Of a stretch of DNA of 62,664 nucleotides, positions 49,239 to 62,201 are shown piece by piece. Below the pieces are notes generated by a model. That model saw only the letters and a list, made by a program, of their open reading frames with translations. It did no database searches and was not told the DNA's origin. Each line of letters starts with the position of its first letter. Positions within the stretch are counted from its first letter, which is position 1. The position numbers and the translations under genes are program-made. This stretch comes from Vitrella brassicaformis CCMP3155. Taxonomy: Eukaryota > Protista > Chromerida. The stretch covers positions 1-62,664 of the forward strand of contig CDMY01000506.1 in NCBI GenBank assembly GCA_001179505.1, in the 5' to 3' direction.

Positions 49239-51196
49239 CTACCCCGTTCTTGCGCGGTCGCCAGGCAAGTTGATCTGAGGGGTAACAGAGACAGAGAGAG
49301 CCAGGGAGAGAGCAAACGAGTGTGCATGCGTTGAGTGCCTATGGATGTGTGGATGGATGTGTATCTCGACGCGACGGCCGTACCGAGCTCGGAACCCAGC
49401 GTGCGCGCTGCTGGTAGAAGTCCAACAACGCCTGTCATCCACACACACACACACACACACATGGTTATAATTGCAACGTTTCTTTCTGATGTGGGTTGCT
49501 GTGCTTACACGTCCTTTGGGGCCGGTGTCCTGGCGCATGAAGGTGTTGGTGACGTGGAACTCACGCAACTCGCCGTCAGGCAGACGCCTACACACGTGTC
49601 CAGTCCACACACACCCCAACAATAATACAGTTTGAGAGCGTGCGTGCGTGCGTGTGTGTGTGTGTGGTTACATTTTGATTCTGTGTCGCGTCCCCCACGG
49701 CCACAACTCCCAGTCGGTCTCGGGGGATGTCCCCTCCACCCTGACACACACACAGCACAGCACAGCACAGCAAGGTCAGACAGACAGACAGACCCACAAT
49801 CTCCGTCCCTCAATCCCTGTGCTTACGAAACGATTTCGCTCCCAGGTGGAATGATGTCGTCATCAGGGGTGCGGTCCTGCACGCCAGCACTAACACTACC
49901 ACGACCCCCCTCAGCACGCGACGGTTCCTCTCCCCCTCTCTCCCCCTCGCCCCCCGCCCCCTCCTCCACCTCCTGCTGCTGCTGCTGCTGTGCCGTTTCG
50001 TTGCCACCTTCAACCGCCCCCCGAATGATCTCGGCATCGTCGCTGCTGTCGCCCACATTCTCGTCGTGGCCCCCACCCTGCTGCTGCTGCTGGTCCACCT
50101 GCTGCTGTTGTTGGTCGTCCGGTGCCTGCTGCTGCTGCTGGTCCTCTTCGATCTGCTGCTCTTCCATGGCGGCATTCTCGTCCTCCTTCTTTTCTTCGCC
50201 GTCGCCCTCCTCCTCTTCCTTGTCCGCCGCGCCACTGGCATCCGCCGAACCGGCAGCGTTGGCAGGCTGGGCGTCGCTGGCAGGGGCTGCGGCTGACGCT
50301 GCGGCTTGGTGGGGTGGTGCGGCCGCCTCGCCGAGGTACTCACGCATCTCCAGAAGCGTCCCGTCGGTGAGGCGGGGCTGAAGGGACACACAAGGGCAGG
50401 GGGGTGACTTGGGTGTTGTGTCAGTTGGTATCTGCTAGTGTTGGTGTTGGGTGGCTGGTTGGCTTACCGCGGTAAACTCCCTGCCGGTATCGATGACTTT
50501 CTGCTTCAGATATTGGCGGACGAGGCCCAGGTCGTCCGTCAAATGCGACACGTTAGGCTGGATGCACACACACATACACCCACACGCACACCAAGCCACG
50601 AAGACGTTGACGAATTGATGGCTGGTTTCCTCTTCCACTCCTCACTCACTCATTTTCTCACTCATTTCCTCACTCACCTCAGGCTCCCACGTTGGCGGAT
50701 ACTGAGGTACACGCAGGCACACACAAACAGGCGTATCAATAGGTACGCGGCACGTTGGCGGTACAGAGAGTGCAGGACACCCACCGGCTTGCCCTTGGAG
50801 TCCTTGCCATCCCACTGCACACGAAACTCATACACACCCTGCACACACACAAACCAACCAACCAACCAACGCCAGCCAGCACCACAGAAGGATATTGACC
50901 AACCCAGGTAGCCAGTGTTCACGTGCATTGATTGCATTCACTCATCCATCCATCCATCCATCCCCTGCCCCGCCCTGCCCCGCCCGCCACGGCTGACCCG
51001 TCGCACCCACCTCGTCGCTATCATATCTGCACTTCAGCAGCCGCTCGACGGCGTACTCGCCGCTCTCCGCATCCGACTCCTCATCGTCGTCGTCAACGTC
51101 TTCCTCCTCGTCCTTGACATACTTGACATACTTCTTCGGACGGCTCACACGCCCGCCCTCGGCAGGCTCTCCATTGCTGGCACCGCGCTTCCTCAT
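49239..51196 (-). CDS. HP1-like: HP1-like chromodomain + chromoshadow protein
   Basis: Chromodomain YAVERLLK...EFRVQW...YPPTWEPE with the aromatic cage Y/W/Y, an acidic Q-rich hinge, and a chromoshadow-like end EIVSV...ALLDFYQQRARW. Confidence 0.8.
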
Positions 51197-51221
51197 CCCA
51201 CGGGTAACTGGTCAATGGTGA

Positions 51222-53905
51222 ATGGCACCCTTGCCGCCTACCTGCCTACGCAACCTTGCTGAGGATGGGATCGCTCCGAAGCTCGCCACAGATCTCCTGC
51301 TGGAGGAAGGGATGCTTTTGCTTCGTGGCGTGCAGCAGGAGGTCGGCAGTAGCGTGCCGCTAACAGATCTCATCGCTCGCCACCTGGGAATAAAAGCGTC
51401 AGAGTGAGCGCAAGAGAGGTCTGCCTGTGCCTGGCCATCTATCTATGGTCTGCTTGACGCATAGGATCCTCGAGCGTCTTGTTTTGCGCAAGTCCGTCAA
51501 CGTCATCGAGAAAAGGAGCGTCCGATTCGCTTACAACGTGGCACTCAGGCTCTCATCTGAAGCACACGAACGGTGCGCGTCTTTCCCTGCAATTAACCAC
51601 AACGACAATTTGTGCAGGTGATTGTTTTGTTGGAATGCAGAGCCATCGTGAAGCGGTGGCGGCACTTTCACGCATTGCAGAAGCTGCATCAAGGCGGTGC
51701 CAGACGGCCAGAGAGGACGATCGGCCCTGCTGCTGCTGCTGCTGAAGCCACCAATGGCCTCAACTGGAGCAGCGTGGCAGCAGATCTTGCCACCCCCTCC
51801 CCTCCCCCCTTCTCGCCAAGACGACGGAACAAGGTGGAAAGCAGCTCACCCGATGCCATCACGGTGCATGAGGTCGACCTCTACGAGGCATCCGAGCCCT
51901 TCAGCCCTTTCATCTCACCGCCCCTTCCGGCCGCCATCGCGGCACGCTCACTCCGTCCCCTGATCATCGGTAGTGGCCCAGCTGGCCTCTTTTGCGCATA
52001 TGTGTTGGCTAAGAATGGTTTGCGGCCAGTGGTGATCGATCAGGGGTCTGAGTGCAGCAAGCGGAGGAAGGATGTCTTCGCCTTCTGGCATGGAAACCGG
52101 CTCAACTGTTGGTCCAATGCGGCGTTTGGCGAGGGCGGGGCTGGGACGTTCAGCGATGGCAAGCTGACCTCAAGAAATCGAAGCGACGTCACGGACTTCG
52201 TACTGAGGACGTGAGCACATTGTCAGCTGTGGCCGGCCATGTTTGTGGGCGTTGCATTGTCTGCTGTGCTGTGCTGGTTTGATCGCGTGGCGTGCAGGTA
52301 CGTCGAGTTGGGTTGTGCCGAGAGCTGTCTATACGAGAGCAAGGCTCACGTGGGCACCGACGTGCTGTACAATGTTGTGCCGGAGTTCAGGAAACGCCTC
52401 CAACAGCTTGGTGTGACATTTCTCTTCGACACCCAGGTCACACAGCTGCACATTCAGCCATCAGCCCCCACCTTCCGCCCTTCCCACAGCGGTGGTCACT
52501 CTCAGCCAGCCCCCTCCTACTTGCCGGCCGCATTTTCGCCGCTTCGGGATGCCGGTGTGATTGCCGCTGCCCCAGATCACGAGGTCTCACAATGCTCTGA
52601 CTCATCACGATCGCCGCGGCACTTTACTGGTGTGCGAGTGCGGTGGAGGCGGGATGGCAGCGACGGGGGAAGGAGAGATGGTGACGGTCTGACGAGTGAG
52701 GCTGTGTACGGGGAGTGCGACATTGTGAGTGACCTGTGCGTGGTGGCCTGTGGCCATTCCTCCCACTCGACCTATCGGACGCTGCACGAGGGAGGGGTGA
52801 AGATGACGCCCAAGGTGACCGACTGACCAATGGACAGAACGGAGAGACACCCATCCATCGTCATAATGTGTTGACGTGTGCTGTGCGTTAGGATTGGACG
52901 ATGGGACTCCGCTTGCAAATGCCTCAGTCGACGCTCAACAGAGTGGTGTATGGCAAGCACGCTGACGTGCCTGAAATCGGGGCGGCAGTGTGGCGATACG
53001 CCAGGGCACACCCGGCTGATGGGCGAGGCGTCTACTCGTTCTGCATGTGCCCGGGTGGTACCATCGTCAACTCGAGTCACGGTGACGGCTGTGTGGCCGT
53101 CAACGGCATGTCCTATTCGACCCGCTCGTCAAGCTACGCCAACTCAGCTGTGGTCGTCCAGACCAAGACACACGATGTCGCAAGGTACACAGCCACCTGT
53201 GAGACTCAATGGCTGCACATCAACGCGTGTGCGCGCCGTGTATGCCTGAAGGTACTGGGGCAAGAGTGAAGACGAGTGCAGTGGGATGGACGCCCTCGCG
53301 TACCAGCAGCACTGGGAAAGGGCCGCTTTTCATGCGGGCGGCAGCGACTACTCCATCCCGGCTCAGAGGCTCGGCGACTACCTCAGCGGAAATCCATCCA
53401 AAGGCCTCCCCAAGTGAGCCAGACACACCCAGACACCCCGCACACACAACCCCCCCACACACACCGTATGTGTCTGTTTGGTTTGTGATCTTCACCCAGA
53501 GGTCTTGTGTTCGGGCAGTGCACGCCAACCGACCTGAACGGGTGTCTGCCCGACTTCATCACGACAGCGCTGCACCATGCCCTCAGGGGGCTGCTGCGGT
53601 CACACAGCAGGGACGGCCTCTTTGCCGACGACACTTTGCTCACCGGTATCGAAAGCCGCACATCGGCGCCTCTCCGTGTCCTTCGGCACGGCACATCGTT
53701 TGAGAGCTGCAACACACAGGGACTCTTTCCATGCGGTAAGCGAGGTTGAGGTTGAGAGAACAAGGGCGTGTGTCATGTGTGTGTACGATGGTCAGGTGAG
53801 GGAGCTGGGTACTCTGGGGGCATTGTGTCGAGTGCAGTGGATGGCGTCAACACGGCAATGGCCCTGCTCAAGACATTGGTGCAGAGAAGGGCCCTCGATG
53901 GCTGA
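51222..53905 (+). CDS. FAD-dependent oxidoreductase, COG2509-type
   Basis: IIGSGPAG, FGEGGAGTFSDGKL, AHVGTD, ACGHSS, YSFCMCPGG, NGMS...ANSA, ESRTSAP, GEGAGYSGGIVSSAVDG. The start may be 51222 or 51312. Confidence 0.92.
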
Positions 53906-54150
53906 ACCAACGAAGGAACGAAGGAGTGTGTGGGTGTGTGTGGGTGCGAGGTGAGGCGACGTGAGATGAGATGAGATGAGATGAGATGGGCGAGACAAAG
54001 CCTGTGGATATGGATCTGTCTGTCCCACTGCTGATCGACCAGTAGTGAATGCGATGTTGACAGAGCGAATGAAGCCCACACTCGACCCACCTACGAGAAT
54101 ACGACATATGTCAGCTAGCAGCACAGCAACTCTCAAATAGCCAAGGCTGG

Positions 54151-55718
54151 CTAGAAACGAAGTCCTAGCGTCCTCATAATGCGATCAACGAGCCCGTCAA
54201 AGAAGCCCTTTCTCTTCCTCTTCTTCGGCACCTCGTCGCTCTCAAGGTAGACAACGATAGCGTCCAGCAGCACCTTGTCTCGGTCGTCAGATGCCTCCCA
54301 CAAAGTCAGCCCTTCCACACCATGCTCCACAGCCAATGCCAACTTATCTTTCAACGAGTGATCGTCGTCGTAAGCGACGAATGTGCCCCCGAGAGTGTCG
54401 TTTGGCGATGAGGGCGGTTTGTAGAGGTAGGGCACACGTGTCTTGTTGTTGTAGTGGCGCGTGAAGCCGCTCGTGCTGGGCATGTAGTTGGCCGCTATGT
54501 CCCAATACGCTGACATGACATCCATCCATGTGTGTATGTGTGTGGTGAGAGAGAAGGAGACACACCCGTACAGTGTGTGTGTGTCTCACAGACCGACCGA
54601 GAATTCCGGGCTCTTGCTGCCGTGTGCCGTTGCCGGCAGCAAGGAATGGCTGATAGAGGCCGTCTTTGTCAGGCCCTTGCTGCACCCCCGAATATACCCT
54701 CCCATACAAGGGCAGCCCCACATTTATCATCTCGCCGTCGCAGCCAAACGCGATATAATGCTGCACAGGAGAGACAGACAGACAGACAGAGAGGGAGACA
54801 CCACGGTTTCCATGCTCCCCTGAAAGCCACCTACCTGTACAACGTCTTCCACAGTGAGCAGCTCCTTTCCGACTGTTGGGTCATCGGGGTCTGCGTGAAG
54901 GGGGCTGTCGTAGTCGGTTATGTTATCCCACGGGCCGTGCAAGTCATACGTCAGGAGACTGATGAAGTCCAGAAAAGACCCAGCACAAAGCTCGGATATC
55001 GGCGTGTTGTTGCGCACCTGCACACACATGACAAAGGTGGATGGATGGATGGATGGAGGCAGAGAGAGAGAGAGAGAGAGAGGGACCAGTTCAGGTCAGA
55101 ACTTGCCTCTAGCGGGGCGACCCCAGCTGTGATCGATATGTCGAGATGTTTGTTGTCCTGATTGGCATTGAAGGTCTGCCGCAGCTCCTTCAGGAATGTG
55201 ATGTAGTTGACCCAGTCGTCTGGTGAGGACGGAATGTGCGTGTCGCCCCCTCCCCCAGGAAACAGCCACTCAAAGTTCATGCCGTCCAGGTCAGCACGCC
55301 TGATCAATTCAACTGTCGAATTGATGACCTAAATGAGAAGAAAGGCCGCAGGAGAACCAAGAAAGCGAAACGATGTACCATCTCTCTCTCTCTCTGTGTG
55401 TGTGTGTGTGGGGGGGNNNNNNNNNNNNNNNNNNNNNNNNNNNNNNNNNNNNNNNNNNNNNNNNNNNNNNNNNNNNNNNNNNNNNNNNNNNNNNNNNNNN
55501 NNNNNNNNNNNNNNNNNNNNNNNNNNNNNNNNNNNNNNNNNNNNNNNNNNNNNNNNNNNNNNNNNNNNNNNNNNNNNNNNNNNNNNNNNNNNNNNNNNNN
55601 NNNNNNNNNNNNNNNNNNNNNNNNNNNNNNNNNNNNNNNNNNNNNNNNNNNNNNNNNNNNNNNNNNNNNNNNNNNNNNNNNNNNNNNNNNNNNNNNNNNN
55701 NNNNNNNNNNNNNNNNGT

Positions 55719-55752
<34 letters not shown>

Positions 55753-57484
55753 ACCGCCGCTCGATTTTCCGGCGTAGACATGCAGGTGCTGAAGTGACGC
55801 GAGAGGGTGTACCCCCCGACGGTCATGAGGATCTTCAGCTGCGGGTGTCGCGCCTTCATGGCCTGGAAGGCCCCCAGGTTGCCCCTGATGCCCTGGAGGT
55901 CGGCCGGCTGCGTGTCATTTGTGCACTTTATGTCTCGGTTAAAGTCGGCATCTGCGTTTGTCGACGCGACGTGACACTTGTCGTTGAGGTCAGTGTAGAG
56001 GTCAGCGTATGCATAGAGGATGTGCGACACCTTCTCCAGGTGCAAATCACATGGGCTCACGTCGGACCGCCAGTTAGCATAGTATCTGCACACACACACA
56101 CACACACGCATGGATAAACATTGCCATGCACTTCACATTGAGGGATGCATCCACAGGTGTGGTACATGGCGAGTCGCTTAATTGGTCCAAGACCGAGAGG
56201 ACTCTGGTCTCCGCCCTCTTTTGCCGCGAGTGCCACCTCAGTGGGCACTGCTGTGGTCGTGACCACGTCAATCGTCTCGTTAATGCCCGGCACTGTTTGG
56301 GGAGGATTCTGCTGCTGCTCATTGCCCAATGGTCCTTCTGGTGGTGGTGCTGCTGCTGGTGGTGCCTGTGACGCCAGAGGTCTTGTTTCAGCAGATGGGG
56401 CGGCTTCGGCTGCGGGCTGGATGATGGGCACGACGGTCGATGCTCTCTCGCTGGCGGCCACGTACTTGCAGACGTCAGGGTAGGAGACGCAGCCGTTCAT
56501 TGTCTGACAGAAGTGGTCTGAGACATCCTTGCTGCTTGACACACAGTCCCATGGCTGCTGCTGCTGCTGCTGCTGCCCCTGCTCCCCCTCCGGCCTCGCC
56601 CCCCGAGATGCAGAAGCATTTCCCACCTCAGCAGAAACGTTCTGCGCTGTTCCCACGGCCTCCTCCTCTGTCGACGGTGGAGCATTCGATGTCTCAAATG
56701 AAGCGCCCCCAGGTTCAGCCACAGCCTTGGCACGCGCAGCCGCCCCCTTGGCCGCCAGCTGGCGGATCTCGGCAGCGTTGGTGTCGCTCACTTTGCGGCA
56801 GTATTTGCGCCCTGCCGGTGGATCTTCGCAGCCGTTCCGCATGCACCACGAGTCGTCTACGGAGGGATGAATTGACGCGCACCATGCGGGTGAGGCCGGT
56901 TGGGGTTGGGCTGGTGCTTTTGTAGTCGTCATTTCGCTTTCGTTTCCTATCGATGCCACCAATGGAACTGGCGGCTCCGTTGCATTCGCTGCTACTACTG
57001 CTGCTGGCGGGGGTGTTGCGATGGCCTCTGAGGCGTTGAGTGGGGCGGGTGGGGCGGTGGTGTTAGCGGCGGCCGCTTCCGTGGGCTCTGTGGCGTTTGG
57101 CTCTGCATAAGGCTCTCCGATGCCGGTGTCCGTTGCATTAGCCAGGGTAGCGTCGGGCTCGTCATGCGTGTCATTTCCATGTTCATCTGCCGTAGCATTT
57201 GCAGGTTCCGCCATAGCTCGCCTCCCCACTGCACCCTGCAATGACCACAGTGTCAGTGACGGGAATCCTTCATGTGTCTGTATGTGTGTGTGTACGTGTG
57301 TTTTCCTCAGCAGCAGCTGCCTGTTGAGCAGGGGGCTCACATCGACGAACCCGCCTTCAGCAGTGACTTCGAGCTCTCCGCGGCGGGGGATGGGTTCAGT
57401 AGGGGTCATGGCTGCGGACAAGGCGGGCCCCTCCGGCAGCAGCAGCAGTGCAACCAGCGACGAGCAAAGAACCACCAGCCACAT
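54151..57484 (-). CDS. Secreted GH18 chitinase-like protein (catalytically inactive) with mucin-like N-terminus and two Cys modules
   Basis: Signal peptide MWLVVLCSSLVALLLLP. GH18 motifs YYANW, KILMTVGGY, LDGMNFEWLFP (canonical DGxDxDWExP), LLTYDLHGPW, VGLPLYGR, YDDDHSL, GLTLWE. Confidence 0.92.
55417..55716. other. Assembly gap (300 N) flanked by poly-G
   Basis: 300 N in the GH18 gene, followed by a ~30-nt G run. Confidence 0.99.
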
Positions 57485-58648
57485 GATTGCGGTGTTTTTG
57501 AAGGGGTCGGGAGAGAGGGCCAATGACAGTGGCCCCAAATTCGCCCCCACTAGCCCCCCGTCCCGGAGTCTCGGATTTGAGCCGCGATTCCCAGAGCCAT
57601 TCCTTGTCTGCCCCATTCTGATATACCTGAATCTTCTCTTCGTTCGAGAGACGCCTAGACGAACGATGCTGTCCAAGACGTTGAACTTCATGATGGCTGT
57701 CGGTATTGTGCTGGTAATGTGCCTGTCGGTCAGCCAACCTGCGCAAGCCCACCAGCAACGCATCAATGCCACCAGTCTGGGTGCGTGTCGAAAAGGAGAA
57801 GCGCGGCAGAACCGCCCGTCTCCGTCACGATGCGTGTGTGTCTCATGCAGCTTCAAAGTCTCTGTCGGCCGGTGTCCTGGGCCAGGTTAAGGCCCGTCCC
57901 TTCCTGCACCGCATGGCCACCTTGACAGCCTCCCGCAACGACACGGCACCTGCTACGGCAACCTTCGCTCCCCCCGAAAAACAGCCATTCAAGGAATGCA
58001 GCAACTTGAAAGAGGACGAGTGCGCGGTGAGTCTAGGTACTTGACAAACACACACATCTCTCCCACTCACACCAGCCTCTTGGTTGTGTGTGTGTGTGTG
58101 TGTGTGGCAGAAGATGCCCCAATACCGGTGTGAGAGCGGAGGGAAGAAGGGCACGTGCGTGTGGTCGACCGCCGACAAGAAATGCTCATGCAGAGTCTGA
58201 CCAGTCAGTCAGCTGCCCGCCCGCGGCCGCCTGCCTCAAACGCAGGTGTGCCTCCATGTGCATGAGGGGGGCGGGCGAATCCATCCATGGAGGATACATG
58301 TGTGTTGTGTGGGGGACTGGCGGGGAAAGCAGCACAAGTGGACAGAGAACGACGGATTCCGTGCATGTCACGTCACAATCAGTCAAGGTCCCTGCCTCAA
58401 GCCGTCCATCCGTCCAGCAGGCCTCATCCCCCCACGTCACCCTCATTCAAAGCTACACTCGTTCAAGGCAAGTCGGTACGTGAACACGTCACGATGGCTC
58501 AGACGCGGTCTGACACACTGACTGACTGACAGAAAGGCTCAAACCTACAAATCAACGCTTGCAACTCAACGAGTGCACTATTGCATACATCGCCACTCCG
58601 GTGTGCACTCGACCCCTCCCTCCCTCCCTCCCTGGCCGCCTGCCTCAT

Positions 58649-61600
58649 TCATCCCAGGCCCAGCTCCTTCATGGTCTCCATCTGCTGCTGCTGGGCCAGC
58701 TCCCTCTCCTCCTTGGCACTCCAGAAGTCATGATATTGGCCGGGGTACTCCTCCCACAGACCCGCCGTCAGCTTTGGGATGAGGTGCGTTGGCGTTCGAG
58801 GCACCTTCTGCCACCTCTGCTGCTTGTCCACCGCCCAGCGATGCACGGACGGATCGTTGCGGCTCAGGAAGGGGTTCTCTGACGGATCCGCCTCACCTAC
58901 ATGACAGACAGACAGATGGAGAGACATGCACTGCACCTGTGTGTATATGTCTGGGGTCGGGGTGAGCGGGGCCCGGCAGGGCAGACTGACCTCTGTCGAC
59001 TCTTTTCCAGAAGTCAGTGTGAACGTCGTGCAGCCCGTCTGGCCCCAGGTCCTTGGCCCACTCCTGGTAGGCCTCCGACTTGTACCCCATGTGCAGATCA
59101 CTCATGAACTCCATACCTACACCCACACCACGCACACCCAGACAGACAGACACAGACAGGCGAGAAACATGACATCCATCCATCCATCCATTCCGTGTGC
59201 TTTGCTTGCTGATCCGGCCCGTCTCCCGTACCCGGTGGCACAAAGTCTCCATTCTTGAGGTGCCTGCCGGTGTTGTCCCAGTCCAGCGATGGCAGACCCC
59301 ACATCATGTCCTTCTCCTACACAGACAACACACACAGGCAGACAGACAGGCAGACAGGTGAGTGGATCGACTGACTGACTGAGGGACACATTGTATGGCG
59401 GCTGTCTGGACTTGCGTACCTCCATAGTGGTCATCATCGATTGCCATCTGCCGGCGTAGTGCTTCATGGGCGGGAAATCACGATGCAAATAGTCCGTGTA
59501 TCGACCTCTGCACACGCACACACACACGTGTGTGAGTGGCCCAGTGCTCCTCTCTCTCTCTGCCTGTGTGTGGGTATGTATATGTGCGTGCGCATCACTT
59601 TCTGAGTTCCTCCATGAGTATCTCATAGTTAATGAGTATCTGCGTGCGGTCCATCTCGTCGACGGGCTTGTCCCACGAGTAGCGGTCGCCACAGCACACG
59701 ATCATCTCCCCCGTGCTGTTGTCGTGCCACAGTATGTGGGTCTTGTTCTTCAACACCCAAATGTCGTCACGGTAGATCCAGTTGTTCCCCAACAGACCCT
59801 CCTTCCTACATAGACAGACAGACAGACAGACAGAGGGAGAGGGGGAGAGGTCAGCATACCCACCCTCTCTCTGTCTGTGTTGCCGTGTGTGTGTGGGTGG
59901 GAGGGTACATGTTGAGCGCTCTGTCGTATTTGTAAGGCCAGGCGAACATCTGTCTGCCGGCGAATGTGTCGCCCCTGTAGGGTTTAGGGCTGGCCATGTA
60001 GTTGCCGAAGGGGAGCTTGATCTGGTGCCAGTCCTTCAGGTACTCCTGGTACTGGTCTTCGTCGACGTCGTAGATGTTGTTCTCCGTCACGCCCATCGCA
60101 CGGATGATCTGGTCGGCGTAGTCGAAGTCCAGACGACGCGCCCACATGTCGCGGGGGGTGTCTGACCGATCCACACATGCACCCAGACACACAGAAACAT
60201 CCAGCTACATGTGTGTGTGTTGGGGGGGATGGGTGGTGCGTCGTACGTTCTAGCGTGCGGTGTCTGCCAGTGATGTCGAGGTGCACCACCTGGGCCACGA
60301 ACAGGTTCTTGTACAGACCCGCACGCGTAAAGGGGTCGCGCCGCGCATAGTCCTTCGCCTGCATTTGCCATCCATCGATTCATCAACGAACCAATGGCAT
60401 TCGGAGAGAGGACGCACCAACCACACCCACACACACACCCCACCACTGACCTACCTGTTCAAGTGAGTCGCATGTGATGATGGACATTTCGCCCACAGGC
60501 GTCTCGTTGTTGGGCATAGCGCCCACGGGGTTTGGGCCCTTGAGCTGCCATATGAGGGGCACGATCTGCTTGACGGGCCGGTCGAGCTCCTCCTGGCTGT
60601 CCTGCCGGGGTGGCTTCAGGCTCCCTGAGTGCACCACATTTGCACACCTGACACACAGCCAGGCAGACAGGCAGACAGAGGGATCGGTGAGTGGTATGGG
60701 TGGTGAGTGAGGCTTGGAGGACTGGGTACCTGCAGAGGTATCTGTGGTGTTTTTCCTCCAGCTGCTCGCGGATCTTGGCGGCCGTCAGGTCGCTGTCTTT
60801 GCCAAATACGAGGAACGTGCTGCAGGCAGTCACAGAGACGCAACAACATACACACAGAAAATACACACACACATGCACAAACAGCATCTTGGCTGGGTTG
60901 TGCCGTGTTGTGCTGTGCTGAGGTGGCACGCTCGCTCCTTCCCTGCCTCCCTCCCTCCCTCACTCACTCACTCTTCGCCCTTCCATGCGCCCATCATGAG
61001 ATGCTCGTCGGCTATGTCGTGCCACTCAAAGATCTCGTGATGCCGATACAAACCTGACGACTGACACACACACGGGTAGGATGGAGAGATGGGGAAGGAG
61101 GGAGTGCATCCATACAATCACACCCATCCCCTTAACAAGCTCACGAAATAGGGGTTCTTCTCGGCGAATTCCTTCGCGTGTTTGAGTGTGGGCGCGGCGA
61201 TGTTGATGAGGTTGCCGCATCCGTGTCGCGACGTTTCGTTGTATATGGTCATGTCCCACAGCACCTTGGCCGTCGCATTCCGCAGCCGGAGAGACAGACG
61301 TGCCCACACTATGTGGTCGACCATCTGAGGATGACGACCATAGTTGTACCTGACCGAACACAACACACAAACAGACAGACAAACCGCCACATGTTCGCCT
61401 CGCCGCGCCTCGATTTGGCCGGCGCGCACCATTCAAACCCCGGTTTGTCGAGTGCGACAACGAGGAACTTGCGCCAACCCCAAGGGATGGTTGGGAAGAG
61501 GTAGTCAGACTCCCTGGGCGGCCGCTGGGGGCTGGACTCGAGCAGCGGCTGGCGGGACCCCGACGGCTCCACGCCGTCCTCACCCCACCCGAACTCACGC

Positions 61601-62201
61601 TCGGGGATGGGATACTCGCCGTCAGAGATGTCCCACCCCTGTGCAGACCACAGCAGTGAAGGGGGAGAGCCAAAGTAGGTGCGAGTGCGTCTTGTCATCT
61701 CAGTGGCCGACTGACCTTCCACCATGGGTTGAATGCATGGTATCTCTGGAAGTTGTGAACAGAGAACGGGTGCTGATACTCAGGCGGGTCCTGGGGCCGG
61801 CCCTGCATGTACTTTTGCCGGCCGTGGAAGTCCACGAAGTCGCCCTCGCCCACGAGCGACGGCCGCGACTCGTCCAGCCACGTCTGGTTGTACTGCCTCG
61901 GTCCCATCGGCAACCGGATGTTGACCCGCTCATCGTACTTTTTGGGGTCGAAGTAGGGCACCGGGTGCTCGAAGATCCGCGACTCATACTTGGGGTCGCG
62001 TTGCCGGGCGAAGAGGCGGCTGTGGGATGAACCGAGCCGACGCAGGGGAGTGGTGGGTTGTGGGGTTGGAAGAAGGAACGCCGGTGGTGAGTGTCTGGAG
62101 CGAAAGGCGTCTCGAAAGGAGAGGGCGAGTGCCTCGTAGAGAAGGGAGATGATGAGTGTCAGCAGGACGGGGATGGAGGGCGAGTAGGGCGGCCTTGACA
62201 T
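58649..62201 (-). CDS. Tandem YciI-domain protein with a bipartite (plastid-type) leader and long aromatic-rich extensions
   Basis: Leader MSRPPYSPSIPVLLTLIISLLYEALA followed by an S/R/P-rich transit-like stretch. YciI-1: FLVVALDKPG...GNLINIAAPTLKHAKEFAEKNPYF...LYRHHEIFEW. YciI-2: FLVFGKDS...GEMSIITCDSLEQ/AKDYARRDPFTRAGLY. Confidence 0.78.

Noticed and set aside
57843-58290. Possible small minus-strand gene (MYPPWMDSPAP.../TLHEHFLSAV.../LTAHSSSF...)
   Set aside because: Joining needs weak or non-canonical splice sites and gives no recognisable protein; it may be UTR of the chitinase-like gene
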